A DNA stretch of 64,000 bases. It comes from Synechococcus sp. (lineage in GTDB: Bacteria > Cyanobacteriota > Cyanobacteriia > PCC-6307 > Cyanobiaceae). Position 1 is the first letter of the stretch. The number at the start of each line of letters is the position of its first letter. The notes beneath the pieces were generated by a model. That model saw only the letters and a program-made list of their open reading frames with translations, had not been told where the DNA came from and made no database searches. A program made the position numbers and the translations under genes. Below, one piece after another: positions 1 to 7,385 of the stretch. The stretch lies in assembly GCA_047285305.1 (NCBI GenBank), contig JBJBDL010000003.1:192001-256000 (forward strand), in the 5' to 3' direction.

Positions 1-1
1 G

Positions 2-1096
2 CTGAAGATCAAAGGGCCCTTTGGTGGATCGGTCGAGGGAGACTTCACGGCTGCCGTGGAAAGACGTCTGGCCGCCGGCGGCATCACGGTACCGATCAAG
101 GCAGAAGTCCCCCGGTTTGATGGGCGCGGCGAGCATCTGGAAGGGCTGCGCCGCAAGTTGGACCTCAGTGCCCTGGTTGATGGCCTCAAGGCCATCAACC
201 TCAAGGTGATCGTCGATCCGATGCATGGATCAGCCGCCGGCTGTGTGACAGAGCTGCTCGGTCCTGAAGCCGCTGGCGTTGTGGAGGAAATCCGCAGCGA
301 ACGTGATCCCTTGTTTGGCGGTCATCCGCCGGAACCCCTGGCGCCCTACCTCGGGGCGTTGATCGCGGCCGTGAAAGCCTCAACGGCCGCCGGAACTCCT
401 GCGGTGGGATTGGTGTTCGACGGCGATGGTGACCGTATCGCCGCCGTGGACGAAACCGGCCGGTTCTGCAGCACCCAGCTGCTGATGCCCCTGTTGATCG
501 ATCACCTGGCCCGAGCCCGCCAGCTGCCGGGCGCCGTGGTCAAGACCGTGAGCGGCTCGGATCTGATGCGGCTGGTGGCGGAGGCCCAAGGACGCAAGGT
601 TCTGGAACTCGCGGTGGGCTTCAAATACATCGCCGCAGAGATGCTGGCCGGGGATGTGCTGATCGGCGGCGAAGAATCCGGTGGTGTGGGCTTCGGCATG
701 CACCTGCCCGAGCGGGACGCCCTGTTCGCGGCGATGCTGGTGCTGGAAGCACTGGTGGAAGGGAAGCAACCCCTGGGTGCGCGTCTGGATGCACTCCAGC
801 AACAACACGGAGGCAGCAGTCACTACGACCGACTTGACCTGCGCCTTGCCGACATGGAGGCACGCCGACGGCTCGAGACGCTGCTGGACCAGAGCACGCC
901 CTCGACCGTCGCTGGCGCAGACGTATTGGAGGTGATCAGCACCGACGGGATCAAACTGAGGATGGGACCGAACCACTGGCTGATGCTGCGCTTCTCCGGC
1001 ACCGAACCGCTGCTGCGGGTCTACTGCGAAGGGCCGGATGCCGATCGGGTGAACGAGGTGCTCACATGGGCCCGACAGTTTGCGGAGGCCGCATGA
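2..1096 (+). CDS. Phosphoglucomutase/phosphomannomutase family protein (5' end lies outside the window)
   Basis: Frame is open from position 2 (LKIKGPFGGS...). Motifs DPMHGS, FDGDGDR (metal loop), GFKY, GGEESGG and RFSGTEPLLRVYCE. Confidence 0.93.
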   Translation: MKIKGPFGGSVEGDFTAAVERRLAAGGITVPIKAEVPRFDGRGEHLEGLRRKLDLSALVDGLKAINLKVIVDPMHGSAAGCVTELLGPEAAGVVEEIRSERDPLFGGHPPEPLAPYLGALIAAVKASTAAGTPAVGLVFDGDGDRIAAVDETGRFCSTQLLMPLLIDHLARARQLPGAVVKTVSGSDLMRLVAEAQGRKVLELAVGFKYIAAEMLAGDVLIGGEESGGVGFGMHLPERDALFAAMLVLEALVEGKQPLGARLDALQQQHGGSSHYDRLDLRLADMEARRRLETLLDQSTPSTVAGADVLEVISTDGIKLRMGPNHWLMLRFSGTEPLLRVYCEGPDADRVNEVLTWARQFAEAA

Positions 1097-1674
1097 AGAC
1101 CCTTGTGATCGCCAGCGGCAACGCTGGCAAGATTCGTGAATTCCAGGGTCTGCTGCAGGCCCTGCCCGTCAGCGTGCAACCCCAGCCAGAAGGCTTGGAG
1201 GTGGAGGAGACGGGCACCACCTTTGCCGCCAATGCCCGGCTCAAGGCTCAAGCGGTTGCCGCCGCCACAGGGGAATGGGCCCTGGCCGATGACTCAGGCC
1301 TGAGTGTGGATGCCCTCAATGGCGCGCCGGGGGTTCACTCCGCCCGCTACGCGCCCACCGACCCGCAACGCATTGCCCGGCTGCTGAAGGCCCTGAACGG
1401 CTCAGATCAACGCCAGGCCTATTTCTGTGCCGCGCTCTGTGTCGCCGCTCCGGACGGCACGATCCTGCTGGAGGTGGAAGGCCTCTGCGACGGATTGATC
1501 ACGGCCTCACCCCGGGGAGATCAGGGTTTCGGCTACGACCCGATCTTTGAAGTCGCTGGAACCGGCCGCACCTTCGCTGAAATGCCTTTGACGGAGAAAA
1601 AGCAGCACGGCCACCGCGGCAAGGCCTTCAGCCTCTTGGAACCCAAGTTGCGCCAGTTGCTCGACGCAAGCTGA
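1093..1674 (+). CDS. rdgB: Non-canonical purine NTP pyrophosphatase (RdgB/HAM1)
   Basis: ASGNAGK, ADDSGLSVDAL, PGVHSARY, GFGYDPIF, HRGKA. ATGA overlap with the upstream stop. Confidence 0.95.
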   Translation: MKTLVIASGNAGKIREFQGLLQALPVSVQPQPEGLEVEETGTTFAANARLKAQAVAAATGEWALADDSGLSVDALNGAPGVHSARYAPTDPQRIARLLKALNGSDQRQAYFCAALCVAAPDGTILLEVEGLCDGLITASPRGDQGFGYDPIFEVAGTGRTFAEMPLTEKKQHGHRGKAFSLLEPKLRQLLDAS

Positions 1675-1743
1675 AGAAGAACCACGGATACAAAGGTCCT
1701 CTGGGCATGGTCTGTACGGTGAGGCCTGCCGCTGACGAGGTCC

Positions 1744-2781
1744 ATGGCCATCGCCATGACCACGGGTTACAGCGCGCAGACCGAGGGCGCTCTTCTGTGC
1801 ATCGAAGCTGCCTCGGACTGGGCCCTGACTTGTGTGAATCAACTGGCTGTCGCTGACAGCCATGTCCTGATCGATTACGGAGCTGCCGACGGTGGAACCG
1901 CCGTTGGGCTCTGGAACCAGGTGCTTGATCGCCTGCATGCCAACCAACCAAAGGCCCACCTGACGTTGATCGGCAACGACCTGCCGAGCAACGACAACAT
2001 TGCTCTGGCCAACAACCTGGCCCTGCAGATCCCCCGGGGTCCGAAGCCAACGGTGCTGGTGAGTGCCCGCAGCTTCTACGAGCCCTCCGTGGCGCCGAAC
2101 TCTGTGAGCTTCGGTTTTTCCGCCACGGCCATGCACTGGCTGAGCGCCTCCCCCGGCCCCCTGAAAAGCCACACCCATGTGCTGGCCTCCGGTGATGCCG
2201 ACGCTCTTCAGCGCTTCACCGCCCAGGCGATGAAGGACTGGAACCACATCCTCGAGCTGCGCAGCCGCGAACTGAAGGTAGGCGGCCGCCTACTGACGGT
2301 GAACCTCTCCCGTAATGAAGCAGGGCTCTATCTCGGCCACAACGGCGGCGAAACCCGCAACGTGCACGACCAGCTGCACCAGATCTGGCGAGGCATGGCC
2401 GAGGAAGGCCTGATCAGCCAGGAGAAGTACCAACAAGGCACGGTTCTGAACTTCTACAAGTCCCCAGAGGAGTTCATGGCTCCGCTGAAGGACGAGAGCA
2501 GCGCCGCTTACCGCAACGGCCTGCGGCTGGTAGACGAGCGCACCGTTTACGTGAAGTGCCCTTACCGTCGCCGCTGGAACGAGAACGGTGATACGGCTAC
2601 TTTCGCCGCCGGATTGATGGCGACGATCCGCAGCTGGAGCCGCCACAGCTTCGCCAGTGCTGCGGGCGACACCGCAGCAGACACGGTGTTCGAGCGGCTG
2701 CAGCAGCGCATCGCCGAAGCCCCCAGCGAATGGAGCCTCGACTACGTCGAACACCATCAGATGATGCAGAAGGTGGCCTGA
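1744..2781 (+). CDS. SAM-dependent methyltransferase, SABATH (salicylate/jasmonate carboxyl MT, caffeine synthase-like) family
   Basis: IDYGAADGGT (motif I), GNDLPSND, SFYEP...SATAMHWLS and DW..ILELRSRELKVGGRL match SABATH motifs NDLPxND, GSFY, LHWLS and RSxELxxGG. Confidence 0.85.
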   Translation: MAIAMTTGYSAQTEGALLCIEAASDWALTCVNQLAVADSHVLIDYGAADGGTAVGLWNQVLDRLHANQPKAHLTLIGNDLPSNDNIALANNLALQIPRGPKPTVLVSARSFYEPSVAPNSVSFGFSATAMHWLSASPGPLKSHTHVLASGDADALQRFTAQAMKDWNHILELRSRELKVGGRLLTVNLSRNEAGLYLGHNGGETRNVHDQLHQIWRGMAEEGLISQEKYQQGTVLNFYKSPEEFMAPLKDESSAAYRNGLRLVDERTVYVKCPYRRRWNENGDTATFAAGLMATIRSWSRHSFASAAGDTAADTVFERLQQRIAEAPSEWSLDYVEHHQMMQKVA

Positions 2782-3836
2782 TGAGCAGCGGCAAGAAAAC
2801 AGCGCCGCCCGTGTCGGTGCTGGCTGAACACGTCTCCGACCACCTCTCGGTGTTCGTGGTGGCGGAAGATACCGATGCTAAGCGCCCCGCCAACGGAGGC
2901 CTGCGTGTACTCAATTACCCGAGCGATGAGGCCTGCATCGCAGACGGCCAGCGGCTGGCGGGGTTGATGACCCACAAGCACGATCTTTACGGCACCGGTT
3001 TCGCCGGCGGCAAGATCGTTGCCCGGGCCGCTGAACCCAATGCCGTCAAGGATGAGCTGATCAGCGTCACCGCCGAGCTGCTGGAGTCGCTCGATGGCGC
3101 CATGATCACCGGCTGCGATCTCAACACCAGCCTGGAGGACATGGAGCGTCTGACGGCGCTCACCCCCCATGTGCTGGCGGCGGTCGGCAGCCCTGTGGAC
3201 GCCAGTGACGCCACCGCCCACGGCACCCTCGGTGCTGTGGAGGCCGTACTGGACAAGGACCTCAACGACGCCCGCCCTGGCCGGGCCCTCGTGCACGGCT
3301 GCGGTGCCGTTGGTGGCACCGTTGCCCGCAATCTCGTCGAGCGGGGTTGGACCGTGTTCACCGTGGATCTGGACCGCGAAAAAGCCAGTTTTCCCGGCGC
3401 GACGCCGCTGCCGGAGAGCTGCGCTTGGTGGGAACTGAACCTCGACCTGTTGCTGCCCTGCTCGATCTCCGGGTTGATCAACGCCGAAATGGCGACAGCG
3501 CTGAAAACCCCCGCCGTGGTGCCTGCCGCCAATGCCCCCTTCCAGCAACCCCAATTGGCGGATGACCTACGTCGCCGCGGTGTGCGGGTGCTGCCGGACC
3601 CCCTGGTGAATGCGGGAGCTGTGATCGCCGATTCAATCGAGCGGTTCTCCCCCGACGCCTGGAAAGACGCTGGTGCCAAGGACGTCTATGCCTTCGTTCG
3701 CGATGAGGTGCGCCGACGGGCCAGCGAGTATCTGAATCAGCGCGAACAGGGCCTGTCGGTTGGAGCAGCCCTTGAGGAGGTGGCTGCAACACCCTCCACC
3801 GAGCCCATCGGCCTCAGCTTTGGAGAAAGCGAATGA
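2781..3836 (+). CDS. Glu/Leu/Phe/Val amino-acid dehydrogenase family protein
   Basis: GGLR, RLAGLMTHK, GGK, TGCDLNT, TAHG, Rossmann GCGAVG, PAANAP, PDPLVNAGAVI. TGATG overlap with the methyltransferase stop. Confidence 0.85.
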   Translation: MSSGKKTAPPVSVLAEHVSDHLSVFVVAEDTDAKRPANGGLRVLNYPSDEACIADGQRLAGLMTHKHDLYGTGFAGGKIVARAAEPNAVKDELISVTAELLESLDGAMITGCDLNTSLEDMERLTALTPHVLAAVGSPVDASDATAHGTLGAVEAVLDKDLNDARPGRALVHGCGAVGGTVARNLVERGWTVFTVDLDREKASFPGATPLPESCAWWELNLDLLLPCSISGLINAEMATALKTPAVVPAANAPFQQPQLADDLRRRGVRVLPDPLVNAGAVIADSIERFSPDAWKDAGAKDVYAFVRDEVRRRASEYLNQREQGLSVGAALEEVAATPSTEPIGLSFGESE

Positions 3837-5023
3837 GCGCACCCGCCTCCCTGCCCAAACGGGCAGACGTCGTGATCGTTGGCGGCGGCATGGCCGGCCT
3901 CAGCTGCGCTGCATCCCTGGCCCGCCGCGGCGTGCGCGATGTGGTGCTTCTGGAAGCGCAGACCCTGGCCCACGCCAAAGCCAGCAGCTATGGCGAAACC
4001 CGAATGTTCCGGGAGATGTATTCCGACCCGGTGCTCTGCCGTCTCGCCCAGGAGGCCAACCGCCTCTGGCGCGAGGAAGAAAACCACGCCGGTCAGCAAC
4101 TGCGGGAGACCCACGGCCTGCTCTTCTACGGCGAGAGCTGGGATGAAGAGACAATCGAGGGGTCGATCCCTGGGGCCCGTCGGGTCATGGACGATCAGGG
4201 CATCCCCTATGAGACCCTCAACGCCGACCAGATCGCGGCCCGTTTCCCGCTGAAGCCGAAGCCGGGCTTTACCGGACTGTTCGAGCCCACCGCCGGCGCC
4301 GTGCGCAGCGACAGGGTCGTGGCCCACTGGATCAGCACCGCCCGCAATGCCGGCCATCAGCTGATCGAGCACTGCCCCGTGGCGGGCCTCGATGCCGATG
4401 GCGGTGGCGTCACCCTGGAGAGCGGCGAACACATCGCCGCCGGACAGCTGGTGGTGGCCTGCGGGATCTGGAGCCAGCTGGTGCTGGCCCCTCTGGGCCT
4501 CGCACCCAAACTGGAGGTGTGGCCAATGCTCTGGGCCCACTACACGGTCGACCAGGCGCTGGCCGATCGCTACCCCCAGTGGTTCTGCTTCCAGCAGGAA
4601 CGCGGCGATGACGGTGGCCTCTACTACGGATTCCCCGTCCTCAGCCAAACAGCGGATGGCCGTCCCCGGATCAAGGCGGGCATCGACTGGGCTCCGCGAG
4701 AACTGCGCGTCGCCGAACCCAACGCCATGGTTACCGAGCCACCCGCTCACCTGGTGGAGCTGCTCGACACCTTCCTGTTCAACGAACTGGAGGGTGTGCA
4801 GGAGCGGGTGGAGACCGTGATCAGCCCCTACTCCATGGCCAGCGACGTGAACTTCGTGCTGGACCGGCTCACCCCGAAGCTGAGCCTGTTCGCGGGAGGC
4901 TCCGGCCAGGCCTTCAAGTTCGCCCCCCTTATCGGTGATTCCCTGGCACGCCTCGCCAGTGGCGAACAACCAGCGGTGGATCTCTCCTGCTGGAGCCACC
5001 AACGCGCCGCCGTCCGCGCCTGA
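3833..5023 (+). CDS. FAD-dependent amine oxidase, monomeric sarcosine oxidase/NikD family
   Basis: DVVIVGGGMAG, SSYGETRMFREMY, LVVACGIW, YYGFP, GGSGQAFKFAPLIG. ATGA overlap with the dehydrogenase. Confidence 0.88.
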   Translation: MSAPASLPKRADVVIVGGGMAGLSCAASLARRGVRDVVLLEAQTLAHAKASSYGETRMFREMYSDPVLCRLAQEANRLWREEENHAGQQLRETHGLLFYGESWDEETIEGSIPGARRVMDDQGIPYETLNADQIAARFPLKPKPGFTGLFEPTAGAVRSDRVVAHWISTARNAGHQLIEHCPVAGLDADGGGVTLESGEHIAAGQLVVACGIWSQLVLAPLGLAPKLEVWPMLWAHYTVDQALADRYPQWFCFQQERGDDGGLYYGFPVLSQTADGRPRIKAGIDWAPRELRVAEPNAMVTEPPAHLVELLDTFLFNELEGVQERVETVISPYSMASDVNFVLDRLTPKLSLFAGGSGQAFKFAPLIGDSLARLASGEQPAVDLSCWSHQRAAVRA

Positions 5024-5042
5024 CCCCTCACTCCCTCATCCA

Positions 5043-6596
5043 ATGTCTGACACCCCCGCGAACCAGCATTCCTGGTGGCGACAGCCCCCTCTTTGGGTGG
5101 GGGCTGCTCCCCTGCTGATCTTTCTGCTGGTGTCTGCCATCGATCTGGCGCTGGCCAAGCAATTCACCGACAAAGGCAAGGCCGTGATCAGTGATGCCCT
5201 TGGCGGTGTCTGGCAGTGGATGGTGGTGCTGCTGCTTCTGATCGCGCTGATCCTGGCCATCAGCCCAGTCGGCAAACTCCGGCTTGGAGGCGCGGAGAGC
5301 AAGCCCACTCTCAAATTCTTCGATTGGTGCGCAGTGCTGATCTGCACCCTGCTGGCGGGGGGTGGTGTGTTCTGGTCGGCAGCCGAACCGCTGTATCACT
5401 TCCAGACCCCATCACCGGTGTTTGCTGGGGTCGAGGGGAGCACAGCCGCAGCGGTGGATCCCGCCCTGGCGGTGAGTTTTCTGCACTGGGGCTTCCTCGC
5501 TTGGGCTCTTGTGGCCACCACCACGACGATCACCTTCTCGATCCTGGAGCGTCGCGGTGAACCCCTGCGTCCCCGCACGCTGCTGGTGAACATCGTGCCG
5601 CGCAGCTGGGTGGATGGTCCGCTCGGTCACCTGGCGGATGGATTGTCTGTGGTGGCCGCTATCGCTGGCACGGTTGGCCCCTTGGGTTTCCTCTCGCTGC
5701 AGCTCAGCAATGCCGCAGGGCTACTGCCCTGGCTCAGCGACAGTGCCGGCTTGCAATCCCTGACGGTGGTGCTGCTGACCGCCGTCTTCGCGACCTCCAC
5801 CGTCAGCGGCATTCAAAAAGGCATCAAATGGCTGTCGGAGCTCAATGTGTGGCTCACTCTGGCCATGGCGGCGGGCCTGCTGCTTTTGGGCCCGGGCCTC
5901 TGGCTGATGCAGCACTTCTTGAGCGGCTTCATCACCTACCTGATCCACCTGCCGCAGATGGCCCTCACTCCAAATGCCGTGCCGGCGAACTGGGTGAACG
6001 GCTGGACGGTGTTCTACTGGGGCTGGTTCCTCGGCTATGCGCCCTTGATGGGACTGTTCACCGCCGGCGTCAGCCGCGGCCGCAGCATCCGTGAACTGGT
6101 GCTGGCGGTGGCCATCCTCTGCCCGATAGTGACCAACCTTTGGTTCACCCTGCTGGGGGGCACCGGATTGCATCTCGAATTGGCGGGGGGCGGCATCAGC
6201 GAAGCCCTGGACCAGAACGGAGCCGCCGCTGCCCTGCTTACGATCCTCAGCCAGCTGCCCCTGGCCGGTCTGCTGATTCCGACCGGCCTGGTGCTGGTGG
6301 TGCTGTTCATGTGCACCAGCGCCGATTCGATGAGTTACGCCGCGGCCATGGTGGTGAGCGGCCGCAACGAGCCCCCTGCTCTGCTGCGCCTGTTTTGGGC
6401 CTTGATGATCGGCAGCCTCACCTTGGTGCTGCTGCGCATCGGCTCAGGCCTGGGGGACAGCACTTCCATCGATGCCCTGCAGGCCTTCATCGTGATCACC
6501 GCGGTGCCGGTGACTCCCTTGGTGCTGGCCACCCTCTGGAGCGCGCCAAGGCTGGCCTGGAAGGAATGGCGGCGCACCACGTTCAGGCCACAGTGA
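5043..6596 (+). CDS. BCCT family (betaine/carnitine/choline) transporter
   Basis: Multi-TM protein with GKLRLGG, FWSAAEPLYHF, FLHWG, KGIKWLSELN and the BCCT signature WTVFYWGWFLGYAP..G..SRGRSIRE. Confidence 0.93.
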   Translation: MSDTPANQHSWWRQPPLWVGAAPLLIFLLVSAIDLALAKQFTDKGKAVISDALGGVWQWMVVLLLLIALILAISPVGKLRLGGAESKPTLKFFDWCAVLICTLLAGGGVFWSAAEPLYHFQTPSPVFAGVEGSTAAAVDPALAVSFLHWGFLAWALVATTTTITFSILERRGEPLRPRTLLVNIVPRSWVDGPLGHLADGLSVVAAIAGTVGPLGFLSLQLSNAAGLLPWLSDSAGLQSLTVVLLTAVFATSTVSGIQKGIKWLSELNVWLTLAMAAGLLLLGPGLWLMQHFLSGFITYLIHLPQMALTPNAVPANWVNGWTVFYWGWFLGYAPLMGLFTAGVSRGRSIRELVLAVAILCPIVTNLWFTLLGGTGLHLELAGGGISEALDQNGAAAALLTILSQLPLAGLLIPTGLVLVVLFMCTSADSMSYAAAMVVSGRNEPPALLRLFWALMIGSLTLVLLRIGSGLGDSTSIDALQAFIVITAVPVTPLVLATLWSAPRLAWKEWRRTTFRPQ

Positions 6597-6608
6597 TCCC
6601 GATGCCAG

Positions 6609-7311
6609 TCAAGGCAGGCAGTAGTTCAGTTTGAGAGTGAGGTTCTGACTGGGCTTGGGAGCCTCCCCAGGCCTGAAGCTTGCCTCCCCCATGCGCGCAA
6701 CCATCGGCATGGGTCGATGGGTCAAACCCCGCTAGTCAATCAGCAACAACTCGAGCCTGCGCAGGCCACAGCACGGGCTCTAAGCCTGCGCGCGACGTCG
6801 CCCCATCTCAAGAGCTTGTTTCAGCAACTGATCAGCCAATGAGGCACGGCTATCGCTCGACGCCAAGGACGTCATTCCCTGCAGTCGCACTCCCGGCAAG
6901 CGATCGGCGTCCTTGATCAACGCGTCGTGATCATCATGGGTCTCCTCGCCGGTGATGGTGGTGCTGGCCCGATCCAGTCATGATCCCGCCGCGCCTCCCC
7001 TAACGGAGTAGCTGCGGGGTGCAGGGATAGTGAGCTGACCCAGGGCGAGCGGCTGAATGACCTGACGCGCCTCTGCCAACCGGGCGTTAAGGGCGCTCAT
7101 CGCAGCGTCCTTACTGAGATCTTCAGCGTCGATCCCGAGCGAGAAGCAAAATCGATCGCTACGGCTTGTTCCACGCTCATTCACCTGGATCTGAAGCAGG
7201 GCGCCATTGCAAACGCGCTCCGCAGCCCTCAGGGGGGATGGCGCCACAACACTGAGCCCGAAGAGGACGGGCAAAGCGACCTTGGCAGCGCCCCCTGAGT
7301 CGAGAAGTCAT
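6609..7311 (-). pseudogene. Degraded SIMPL/DUF541-like secreted protein gene
   Basis: ATG at 7311 is out of frame with the 6978-7274 ORF (extra base in the C5 run at 7291-7295). In-frame TGA at 6978-6980, after which the frame continues (LDRASTTITG...LPGVRLQGMTSLAS...LLKQALEMGRRRAQA). Further shifts and stops follow, ending LKLNYCLP*. Confidence 0.6.
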
Positions 7312-7385
7312 GCCAAGCCTTCTGTTAGACATCAATGCTGGCGAGCTTGGAGCGGCAAACCGTGTTCAACCGTGACCGGCCTGTG

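Noticed and set aside
3737..5002. 421-aa antisense ORF over the oxidase (similar long antisense ORFs at 42437-43885, 51870-53111, 61121-62605, 17107-18216)
   Set aside because: These are shadow ORFs expected from high-GC codon bias opposite well-supported genes, with no recognisable motifs.
1744..6596. Reading the operon as glycine betaine/sarcosine catabolism or synthesis
   Set aside because: The methyltransferase is SABATH-type rather than GSMT/SDMT, the oxidase resembles NikD, and an amino-acid dehydrogenase has no role in that route. Kept only as a fallback hypothesis.
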